From IMG/VR virus record IMGVR_UViG_3300037046_000131, positions 1 through 38,828 of that record: 38,828 nt of DNA, one strand, 5' to 3'. This DNA is from a virus (Duplodnaviria > Caudoviricetes). Below are positions 1 to 7,101 of the stretch, one piece after another. A program made the translations under genes and the position numbers. The notes beneath the pieces are model-generated. The model worked only from the letters and a program-made list of their open reading frames with translations, did not search any database and had not been told where the DNA came from. The number at the start of each line of letters is the position of its first letter. Position 1 is the first letter of the stretch.

Positions 1-496
1 TATTGGACAGTCCGAAGAACGCCACGCCTGAGCAGTGCGAACCCGTGACCGCCTTGGCGACGGCCGACAACGATCGGTAGATCGCACCGTTCCACTCGAA
101 CTCCCGATCCCCGCGGACGTGGACCACGACGCGCTGGTCCTTGTAGTCGCGGGTCAGGGTGGTGCCGGGCTTCGGCGAGCGGGAGTCACGGACGGGCCGT
201 TTCCGGGTAGTGGGGGAGGGGGCGGGAGCCCGGTTGTGCTTCGCCCCCTTGAACCACGCGGTCGGCGGCGTTGTGCGGAACTCGTCCTGCAGCTCGTGCA
301 GTCGCGCCTTGGCCTCGGGTGATAGTTCATCGCCGAAGTATTGCCGCTGCAACTCCCATGCGATCCGCTTGACCAGGTACTGCTTGTGCCGCTGTGTGGT
401 CGGTTCGCCGAAAACCTCCTGCCACCGGACGCGCAGCTCGGCGACCGACAGGTGGGTCAGGGCGACGACCTGGGCGGCGATGCTCGGCTCGGCCAT
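1..496 (-). CDS. DUF2924 family protein (3' end runs off window)
   Basis: ATG at 496 overlaps the upstream TGA. MAEPSIAAQVVALTHLSVAELR...YLVKRIAWELQ...PGTTLTRDYK...FEWNGAIYRSLSAVAKAVTGSHCSGVAFFGL is the DUF2924 pattern. A complete paralog lies at 37095-37610. Confidence 0.9.
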   Translation of the reverse strand, partial: MAEPSIAAQVVALTHLSVAELRVRWQEVFGEPTTQRHKQYLVKRIAWELQRQYFGDELSPEAKARLHELQDEFRTTPPTAWFKGAKHNRAPAPSPTTRKRPVRDSRSPKPGTTLTRDYKDQRVVVHVRGDREFEWNGAIYRSLSAVAKAVTGSHCSGVAFFGLSN

Positions 497-795
497 CACG
501 ACTCCTTCGACGCCTTCGCGCCGGTTAGCTTAAAGAAGACCGGCCCGCTGATCTGGTAGCCGACGATGTGGCGGGCCAGCCCGGAGATGCTCTTGAAGGT
601 TTGGCCGTCGTAGAGGTACTGGCCGTCGACGATGTCGACCACGATCTCCTGGCCCTTGTAGGTGCGGCGCAGTTGGTTGGCGGCGGCGGGCTGCTTGGCC
701 GGGCGCTTGGGGGCAGCGGCCTTCGACGCCGGGCGCTTCTTGGCCGGGGACTTCGTGGACGCCTTCTTCGTCGTGGTCTTCTTCTTGATAGCCAT
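496..795 (-). CDS. Lys-rich protein with DUF2924 C-terminal-like domain
   Basis: GGAGG 8 nt before ATG 795. K/A/P-rich tail followed by RTYKGQEIVV...YDGQTFKSISGLARHIVGYQISGPVFFKL. Conserved in copy 2. Confidence 0.85.
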   Translation of the reverse strand: MAIKKKTTTKKASTKSPAKKRPASKAAAPKRPAKQPAAANQLRRTYKGQEIVVDIVDGQYLYDGQTFKSISGLARHIVGYQISGPVFFKLTGAKASKES

Positions 796-824
796 GATCA
801 TTTCCTCCGAGTAGGTGGTAGTGC

Positions 825-1046
825 TCAGAGCCCGTAGCTCTGCGCCAGTGATTCGTTGTCGTCTGCTGTCGCTGAAGCGATGCACCGCAACGCGACGCCG
901 ACTTCGGCCACGAACTGTTCGTGCGAAAGGGCGTCGAGCGTCGAATGCTCGACGCGCATCCAGGCTTCGACGTGCCGCGGGTCGGCGGTGCCAATGCGAC
1001 CGGCGTGAGCCAGGATCTCGCGGATCAACCGCAGGTACCCGGTCAT
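825..1046 (-). CDS. Conserved hypothetical protein (73 aa, DPRHVEAWMRVEH motif)
   Basis: ATGA overlap with the upstream gene, SD AGGAGG, and reading frame conserved at 37973-38194. Confidence 0.8.
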   Translation of the reverse strand: MTGYLRLIREILAHAGRIGTADPRHVEAWMRVEHSTLDALSHEQFVAEVGVALRCIASATADDNESLAQSYGL

Positions 1047-1264
1047 CGCCCAGCCTCCTGGCCCTCGAGGTGGATCCGGGCGGCGGCCGGGAATCCGACC
1101 CACGCGCCGCTGCGGTCGACGCCGCGGTTGGCGAGCTCGCGCCGGGCAAGGGTGATCGGGTCGATCGAGCCGGATTCGATCGACAGGAGCAGGGCCGTCG
1201 AAGTGATCGAGAACAGGAAGTCGGGGTTTTCGTGGTCAGGGAGGGGCGGTTTGCTGGTCGACAT
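1043..1264 (-). CDS. Conserved hypothetical protein (73 aa, ARRELANRGVD..GAWVGF motif)
   Basis: SD AAGGAG before ATG 1264; near-identical protein at 38191-38412. Confidence 0.8.
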   Translation of the reverse strand: MSTSKPPLPDHENPDFLFSITSTALLLSIESGSIDPITLARRELANRGVDRSGAWVGFPAAARIHLEGQEAGR

Positions 1265-1315
1265 GTAGAACTCCTTCCAGGACAACGGGTTGTTGGCTTC
1301 TGACATGTCGATCTA

Positions 1316-1510
1316 TCACTCCGGGGCTGCCCTATAGCAACGGGTTAATGAAGAATCTGACAGCCCTAACTGGGCCCCAGGTTGGCAGTTAGTGTGGCGC
1401 TGACGAAGGAGCCGCAAATAGGCCATAGCCAACATCCGGGAAAGCTCTGCCTGCTGGCAGTTCGTGCTGGCAGTGGCGTCGGCAGTGATGTACTCGCGTT
1501 CGGTATCCAT
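1316..1510 (-). CDS. Small hypothetical protein (64 aa), possibly leaderless
   Basis: ELSRMLAMAYLRL aligns with ELARILALGVLRL of 38464-38646, and both end YRAAPE. ATG 1510 follows a putative -10 element after a 7-nt spacer. Confidence 0.6.
   Translation of the reverse strand: MDTEREYITADATASTNCQQAELSRMLAMAYLRLLRQRHTNCQPGAQLGLSDSSLTRCYRAAPE
1318..1340 (-). promoter_or_regulatory. TTGCTA-N12-RGAGY motif upstream of DUF2924 operon
   Basis: Minus strand TTGCTA-tagggcagcccc-GGAGT. Conserved at 38466-38488 (TGGCTA), with the same spacing at 13051-13073. Confidence 0.45.
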
Positions 1511-1547
1511 ACCCCTATAAGGGGTCGGTGGCGGAGTAAATGGGACA
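1511..1547 (-). promoter_or_regulatory. Putative element-sigma promoter P1: TGTCCC-N17-CCCCTTA-TAGGGGT
   Basis: Same bipartite motif and 17-nt spacer as 4381-4417 and 4916-4952. Confidence 0.65.
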
Positions 1548-1620
1548 TACAAATGGGGTGGGGATAGCGCTTCCGATGAGCTAGAGTTGAATCCCGAATG
1601 TGGTAGAAAGGACGCATCTG

Positions 1621-3084
1621 ATGGTGCAAGACAAATTCGAAGACGACAACGGCCCTCTCACTCCCAACACGCCGTCGTCAGATACTGGTGCCAGCGCAGG
1701 TCAGCAACGGGGGTTACCTGATGACATGGCCAATAACGATGCCGGCACAACTGGAAGATCGACTCGCCCTCAACAAAACCGGCTACGTGACAAACCAGCC
1801 AACAACGGTCTGACGCGATCAGAACGGCAGCAAGTGGCGTACGCCATGCGCACGCTTGATCAAGTACGCCCCGAACTGCGGATGGCGCAGGATGTCATGC
1901 GAATGAGTGGGGCTGGTAACGCGTTCCGATTCGCAGCACATCAGATGGCATGGGCACAAGCAGCCCAGGGTCCTTCGAATCTTGTCGCCATCGCTGCAGA
2001 ATCACATCGTCGATTGACGGATCTAACAGCAGGCAGCCAATTATTCTTGCGCGTTGCGCATCAGCGTCAGGAGTGGGTTTCAAGGATCCTTCAGAGTATG
2101 CCGGTGCCGATGGCCGGCGATATGTTGCGCACCTCTGTAGGATTCGATACAACGCGGGTCATGGATTTGTTGAATAAAGGACTCGGCCGCGACTTGTTTC
2201 CTACGCTCCTTCAGGCTGACCGCGTGCTGGCGGACCAATATGGCACCCAACCCCTTTACAACATGATGTCGGCCCTTCGTCGCGGAATCGGCAGGGTGAC
2301 CTCTCCATATAGTGATGTCGGCCCGATGACCATCGCTCCGACGCGCCATTCTCGGGGTCACGCCCCTGCGCCTGCAAGGGCTAATGGCGGCCCGCCAATC
2401 GGATTGATCGGCAGAGTGGGCGCCGATCAAGGCGCGGGGGCCTTGATGGCTGATATCCGCCGGTTGTCGCACCAGCACGGAATTTCGGAGGAAGCCGTAT
2501 GCGATATCATCGACACGATCCATCGCCGTGTAGGTAGTGGAGGTGGGGCGGGTGTTTCCGCCATGCTGAAATCGCGTAATATCCACAACGAAGAACACCG
2601 AAGCGCGAATCGCCAGAATTACGGTCCTCAGGCGCGCGGCGTTCCGCATGCAAAGGTGTATTTCGCAAATGGAAAAGTAGCTGATGTCTATGAGGCCGAG
2701 TATAACAAGCTCGTTACCGACAAGGGTGATATCGACATCATAATCGATGGATGCGCATGCGTAGTTCACAAACGCAAGGCAAAGGGCGTTCCACACCAAC
2801 GGGCAAGACTAACTAGGGGAGAGTTCGCGATCATCCGTGACTACATCCTCCATCCTGGATGGCACACGCCCGAGGACTTTCTTTCGGGCGTATCCTCTGT
2901 TGAGGCGGCGTACAAGTGTTTCACCAGGGCCCGACTAAAGAGCGATTTCGAGCTCGGAAGGCATGCCTATCTGTTGTTTGAAACGGGTCGGGCGGATCCC
3001 GGAGAGCTACGCCTGTACAGATTCAACCCACCGAAGAAAATTAAATGGTTACTAATAGACCGTTACGTCACCGCAACTAGTTGA
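1621..3084 (+). CDS. Hypothetical protein, possible C-terminal OmpR/SARP-like winged-helix regulator
   Basis: Long ORF divergent from the DUF2924 operon. C-terminal LTRGEFAIIRDYI...AYKCFTRAR...LFET...YRFNP resembles a winged helix. Start uncertain (1600 or 1621). Confidence 0.55.
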   Translation: MVQDKFEDDNGPLTPNTPSSDTGASAGQQRGLPDDMANNDAGTTGRSTRPQQNRLRDKPANNGLTRSERQQVAYAMRTLDQVRPELRMAQDVMRMSGAGNAFRFAAHQMAWAQAAQGPSNLVAIAAESHRRLTDLTAGSQLFLRVAHQRQEWVSRILQSMPVPMAGDMLRTSVGFDTTRVMDLLNKGLGRDLFPTLLQADRVLADQYGTQPLYNMMSALRRGIGRVTSPYSDVGPMTIAPTRHSRGHAPAPARANGGPPIGLIGRVGADQGAGALMADIRRLSHQHGISEEAVCDIIDTIHRRVGSGGGAGVSAMLKSRNIHNEEHRSANRQNYGPQARGVPHAKVYFANGKVADVYEAEYNKLVTDKGDIDIIIDGCACVVHKRKAKGVPHQRARLTRGEFAIIRDYILHPGWHTPEDFLSGVSSVEAAYKCFTRARLKSDFELGRHAYLLFETGRADPGELRLYRFNPPKKIKWLLIDRYVTATS

Positions 3085-3102
3085 TACTAAATTATATACG
3101 CT

Positions 3103-3158
3103 GTCCCCTAATTGTCCCATAACCGTCCCTTCATGGTCCCTGTCCCAATTCATGTCTC
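3103..3158 (+). repeat. 11-bp-phased GTCCC direct repeats, putative activator boxes
   Basis: GTCCC at 3103, 3114, 3125 and 3136, plus 3142 and GTCTC at 3154, in the intergenic region upstream of the zinc-ribbon gene. Confidence 0.65.
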
Positions 3159-3223
3159 CTTCTGAACATGGGTCGCGAGCGCGCGATGTTGCAGCGCTCG
3201 ATCATGTCTAAGGAGGACACATC

Positions 3224-3421
3224 ATGCACGAATTCTGGAGATGCGAACGGTGCAACAGCCTGCTGGGGATCCTTGACCAACACGACATCCGCCTGAAGAA
3301 CAAGTCCGAAATCACTATCGTGTCGGGCGAGAACTACGCGGTTAGCCGGGTCTGCCGCCGGTGCCAGCACAAGAATGTGTTGGACCGGACTGGCACAGCC
3401 GTGTCCGCGCACATGCTCTAG
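3224..3421 (+). CDS. Mu Com-like zinc-ribbon protein (65 aa)
   Basis: Strong SD AAGGAGG; WRCERCNSLLG...VCRRCQHKN with two CxxC pairs, matching the Com-family RCxxCxxLL...CxRCxxxN layout. Confidence 0.7.
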   Translation: MHEFWRCERCNSLLGILDQHDIRLKNKSEITIVSGENYAVSRVCRRCQHKNVLDRTGTAVSAHML

Positions 3422-3444
3422 CACACCTCCTCACCCGTAACCGA

Positions 3445-3488
3445 GAGGCGCATGACGTCCAGCCACGAAGGCGGACGGAATGCGCCTC
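3445..3488 (+). promoter_or_regulatory. RNA hairpin sequestering the start codon of the sigma-like gene
   Basis: GAGGCGCAT (3445-3453) pairs with ATGCGCCTC (3480-3488). Inner stems CGTCC/GGACG and GCC/GGC, GA/GA internal loop, ACGAA loop. Confidence 0.7.
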
Positions 3489-4454
3489 GACTCTATCACC
3501 CCTCCCGGAGAACTGTCCTGGAATCTCGCACGAGGTGTCGCTATCCACCGCCTGCATGATTTACGGCGACAATGCTCTGCGAATCCCCTCCGAACTTGCA
3601 TGACCTGGGACGAAGCGCGTCGCTGGCTCGAACAGGTTGGGCCTCGCACTCAGGAAGCAGATGCCGCGCTGCGTCCGATCCTGGAGGCCGCGCAAGCCAC
3701 GCCGGATGAGGTGTGGCGCGACATCTTGCTCTTCTTGTTCTGGCGGCCACTGGTAATGTGCCGGCGCGGTTTGAAGCGGTACGACGAAGAGAAAGCGACG
3801 ATTGCAGATCTGCCGGACGTCCGGCTCGACTCTGAAGTCCTCTGGGCCTTCATCACCGTCCTACACCGCATCGACCTTGTCGCCAGGAGTGATCGCCTTG
3901 GTCAGAAGATTTTAAACGACGTCCAGCATGATGTGCGGTTGGCCTACAACTCCGAACGTGTCCGCACCGTTCCTCATTCCCACCCCACAATCGTCTCGGG
4001 CGACGAGTTTGCGGCCGCCGGTCTCCTCGATCGCAAGAACCGCAAAGCCAGGCATAGACGTGTCGTTCAATTTCATCATCTGCTGATCGATGGGGAGGAA
4101 GAAGACGACGTAGAAGGCCGCGGTGTCCGTGCTCCCGGCATCGAGGACGAAGAGTTCGCTGCCGTCGAACGTCGCCATGACGCCGCATGGGCCCGTGCTC
4201 ACCTCAAGGCCATGGCTCGCCGCGGCGAGATCTCCGGGCCCGACTGCCTGATCCTGATTGGCTGCCTCCTGTACGGGTACTCCATCGAGGAGATGGCCGC
4301 CCAACTGGGCATGTCTGTTGACGCGTCCCGGAAGCGCAAACAGCGGGTCATGAAATATTTACAGAATCGCGCAAGAAAAATGTCCCACAGCATCGATGAG
4401 GCCCCCCTTAAGGGGGTAGAGGGACGAAACACCGGAAGGAGAAATCATGGCTGA
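3480..4454 (+). CDS. ECF-like sigma-70 family factor
   Basis: Region-2-like LDSEVLWAFITVLHRIDL...ILND and region-4 HTH LLYGYSIEEMAAQLGMSVDASRKRKQRVMKYL. Confidence 0.7.
   Translation: MRLDSITPPGELSWNLARGVAIHRLHDLRRQCSANPLRTCMTWDEARRWLEQVGPRTQEADAALRPILEAAQATPDEVWRDILLFLFWRPLVMCRRGLKRYDEEKATIADLPDVRLDSEVLWAFITVLHRIDLVARSDRLGQKILNDVQHDVRLAYNSERVRTVPHSHPTIVSGDEFAAAGLLDRKNRKARHRRVVQFHHLLIDGEEEDDVEGRGVRAPGIEDEEFAAVERRHDAAWARAHLKAMARRGEISGPDCLILIGCLLYGYSIEEMAAQLGMSVDASRKRKQRVMKYLQNRARKMSHSIDEAPLKGVEGRNTGRRNHG
4381..4417 (+). promoter_or_regulatory. Putative element-sigma promoter P2: TGTCCC-N17-CCCCTTA-AGGGGGT
   Basis: Lies inside the sigma 3' end, about 30 nt upstream of ATG 4447; matches P1 and P3. 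Confidence 0.65.
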
Positions 4455-4728
4455 CTGCTGCAATACCCTCCGCATCCTGACCGCGGCATTCGAGGAAGCG
4501 ACCCTGGCTCTCGGCGGCGTAGCCGCCATGTACCCGATCCCCGATGAAGCGGTCTGGGAACTCGCCCGAACCCTCGACTTGATCCACGAGCGGGCGTGCA
4601 ACCGGTGCGGTGCGCAGGAGGGCATCGCCAGCGCGGATCCCGATGACGACGAGCACCCGGCGATCATCTACCTGCTGGCTCAACTACGGAGTCGGGGTGC
4701 TTCGAAGTCCGATAGGGGGTCGAAATGA
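4447..4728 (+). CDS. Hypothetical protein, paralog A (PIPDE...PAIIYL)
   Basis: SD AAGGAG; aligns over its full length with 4985-5293. Confidence 0.75.
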   Translation: MADCCNTLRILTAAFEEATLALGGVAAMYPIPDEAVWELARTLDLIHERACNRCGAQEGIASADPDDDEHPAIIYLLAQLRSRGASKSDRGSK

Positions 4729-4970
4729 GCAACCCAACAAAGAAACAAGCGCCTCTATTCCAGAAATACGCGGCCACAACCCGTCCCTTGAAGCTCATCG
4801 AGGCCAATACGTCTGGTTTCGGCAAGTCAACGCTCGCCCAGTTTATTGTCTTTCCGAGCGACCTCGATCTGAAGTCGAGCACAACGGCTGAACTACGACG
4901 CGCCCGAAAGAAAAATGTCCGCAGTAACAGCCCAGCCACCCCTAAGCGGGGCAAGAGACAAGTCCGGTAA
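4725..4970 (+). CDS. Basic hypothetical protein (81 aa)
   Basis: ATGA overlap with the previous gene and fills the gap between the paralogs; no recognisable domain. Confidence 0.45.
   Translation: MSNPTKKQAPLFQKYAATTRPLKLIEANTSGFGKSTLAQFIVFPSDLDLKSSTTAELRRARKKNVRSNSPATPKRGKRQVR
4916..4952 (+). promoter_or_regulatory. Putative element-sigma promoter P3: TGTCCG-N17-CCCCTAA-GCGGGGC
   Basis: About 30 nt upstream of ATG 4985, at the head of the replication operon; preceded by an A-tract like P2. Confidence 0.6.
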
Positions 4971-4984
4971 CCAGGAGGAAGCTC

Positions 4985-5293
4985 ATGAACTCGCCCTGTA
5001 AGTGCCTGCAAAACCTGAACCAAGCCTTCGAGGATGTCGCCGGCGTCCTGGCGGCCCTGTCCGAACTCTGCCCGATCCCCGACGAGGAGCTCTGCGTCGC
5101 CGCTCAGGCGATCGATCGAGCCCACGCCGAAGCGTGCCGCCGCCTCGGTTATCAAGTGATCGGGGACAGCGACGATCCCGCCGGAAGTGAGCGCCCGGCG
5201 GTCGTCTACCTGGTTACTCGGATCCGCGAGCGCAGTGTGCTGGCTCAGGACGCGAGCGGGTCCCTGAGGGGGTGCCATGAGCCTCGCGGGTAA
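4985..5293 (+). CDS. Hypothetical protein, paralog B (PIPDE...PAVVYL)
   Basis: SD AGGAGG; paralog of 4447-4728. Confidence 0.75.
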   Translation: MNSPCKCLQNLNQAFEDVAGVLAALSELCPIPDEELCVAAQAIDRAHAEACRRLGYQVIGDSDDPAGSERPAVVYLVTRIRERSVLAQDASGSLRGCHEPRG

Positions 5294-6194
5294 CGGCTCG
5301 CCGTTCCAGACGGCTACGGTCACCGTCCGTCGACTGAAGCTCTTCCTATGGGGCGATTCGGGCGACGGCAAAACGACGCTCGCCCTTCGGTTTCCCCGGC
5401 CGGTCGTAATCGATCTCGAGGGTGGGACCGAACACTACGGCGGTGTCTTCGAATTCGACGTCCTGAAGGCGACCACGGCCGACGAGGTGATGGCAGCTGT
5501 CGATTGGCTGCGAACGCACCCGCACCCCTACCTGACGCTGGTGATCGACCCGATCACCGTCTACTGGGACGCCCTGCAGATGAAGTGGCGCGACATCTTC
5601 CTGAAGCGCAACAAGGGCGGCAAAGGTCACAACGTCGAGTTCTATGTCCTGCAGCCGAAGGACTGGGTCACGCTCAAGGCCGAGTTCAAGGAGCTGCTGC
5701 GCAAGCTGATCCAGCTCGACATGAACGTGATCATCACCGCCCGGCAGAAAGCTCAATATGCCGAGACCGGCTTCATGCGGCCCGTCGGCGAGACTTTCGA
5801 CGGCGAGAAGTCACTGCCCTACCTGTTCGACACGATCCTCAGGCTCTACCGGGACGAGGGCGGCCGCTTCATGGCCGAGAACCTCAAGGACAGATCGAAC
5901 AAGCTCCCTCGCGGCCATTTCGAGGTCAGCTACCCCGTGTTCGAGAAGTGCCTCGGTGCGGACGCGCTGTCCCGCGAGGCGGTGCCGGTTCAGCTGGCCA
6001 CCGACGATCAGGTAGAACGCATCCGACACTTCGTCACTGCTTCCAGTATGAAGCTGGAGACGCTGCAGCGCCGGCTGGCGGCCTACGGGGCCGGCCGGAT
6101 CGAGGATCTGACCGCGGAGAACGCCGCCATCATCCTCGACAAGTTCACCATGGCTGCCGCGGGACAATCCCCGGCCGCCACCACCGCCGACTAG
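5277..6194 (+). CDS. AAA_24 / Sak4-like phage ATPase
   Basis: Walker A GDSGDGKT, VIDLEGG, Walker B LVIDPIT, VIITARQK; adjacent to DUF669. Confidence 0.85.
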   Translation: MSLAGNGSPFQTATVTVRRLKLFLWGDSGDGKTTLALRFPRPVVIDLEGGTEHYGGVFEFDVLKATTADEVMAAVDWLRTHPHPYLTLVIDPITVYWDALQMKWRDIFLKRNKGGKGHNVEFYVLQPKDWVTLKAEFKELLRKLIQLDMNVIITARQKAQYAETGFMRPVGETFDGEKSLPYLFDTILRLYRDEGGRFMAENLKDRSNKLPRGHFEVSYPVFEKCLGADALSREAVPVQLATDDQVERIRHFVTASSMKLETLQRRLAAYGAGRIEDLTAENAAIILDKFTMAAAGQSPAATTAD

Positions 6195-6204
6195 GAGGAA
6201 GACC

Positions 6205-6624
6205 ATGCCTCGGATCAACTTCGCGACCATCGACTCCGTCAGCGACTTCGCACCCCTGCCCGACGGGGAGTACACCTGCGTCCTGGCCGACATCGAGACG
6301 GACATCACGCGTGCCGGCGACCCGATGTGGAAGCTGCGCTGGACCGTCGAGGGTGGCGAGCACGCCGGCCGGATCCTGTTCGACAACCTGGTCTTCAGCG
6401 CCAAGGCCATGCCGAGGGTGAAGCTCGTCTGCGGGAGCTGCGGCCTGGAAGTCACCGGCGAGGTGGACCTCGAACCGACCATGCTGCTGGGCAAGCACGC
6501 GCGGATCACGACCTTCATCGAGGAGTTCCGCGACGACCAGGGCGCGGCCAAGGTCCGCAACCGGATCCCGTTCGGCGGGTACTCGGCGGTCAGCGCGGCC
6601 GACGACGACAACTGTCCGTTCTGA
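6205..6624 (+). CDS. DUF669 family protein (phage SSB-like)
   Basis: FAPLPDGEY...MWKLRWTV..GEHAGRILFDNL with acidic tail DDDNCPF; SD AGGAGG. Confidence 0.85.
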   Translation: MPRINFATIDSVSDFAPLPDGEYTCVLADIETDITRAGDPMWKLRWTVEGGEHAGRILFDNLVFSAKAMPRVKLVCGSCGLEVTGEVDLEPTMLLGKHARITTFIEEFRDDQGAAKVRNRIPFGGYSAVSAADDDNCPF

Positions 6625-6654
6625 GCGCGGTCCTGTAGGGAAGGAAGTTCGGCC

Positions 6655-7101
6655 ATGGATGGGTTCACCATCGCTATCGACACGCGCGAGCAGCAGCCGT
6701 ACGCGTTCACCGGCGCGGTCGTTAAGACCCTGCCGACCGGGGACTACTCGATCGTGGGCTTGGAAGACCGGGTCACGATCGAGCGCAAGTCCAAGGCGGA
6801 CGCGTACGGCTCCCTGGGGGGCGGGAGAGCCCGCTTTCGACGGGAGTTCGAGCGGCTTGCAGAGTACGACTACGCGGTTGTCGTGATCGAAGACACCGTG
6901 CCGGGGTTCCTGCGCCGGCCCGCACACTCGAAGATGAACCCAAAGGCCGCGCTCTGCTCGCTGCTCGCCTGGTCGGTCCGCTACCGCGTGCCGGTGTTCT
7001 TCGCCGGGGATCGCGAGCATGGCCGCGCGCTCACCTACAAGCTGCTGGAAATGTACTGGAAATATCGAGGGGAGGGGCAGCATGAGCGCACCGCTCCGTG
7101 A
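6655..7101 (+). CDS. ERCC4-domain nuclease
   Basis: IDTREQQP, LPTGDYS, IERKS and VVIE motifs. Confidence 0.9.
   Translation: MDGFTIAIDTREQQPYAFTGAVVKTLPTGDYSIVGLEDRVTIERKSKADAYGSLGGGRARFRREFERLAEYDYAVVVIEDTVPGFLRRPAHSKMNPKAALCSLLAWSVRYRVPVFFAGDREHGRALTYKLLEMYWKYRGEGQHERTAP

Larger units (their letters stand above)
1..1460 (-). repeat. Diverged direct repeat of 37115-38610 (five-gene DUF2924 arm)
   Basis: tattggacagtccgaagaacgc occurs at 1 and at 37115. Genes are collinear with many substitutions and indels; similarity fades near 1460/38610. Confidence 0.95.

Noticed and set aside
496-1149. 217-aa version of the Lys-rich gene
   Set aside because: The extension overlaps conserved genes 825-1046 and 1043-1264; the SD supports ATG 795.
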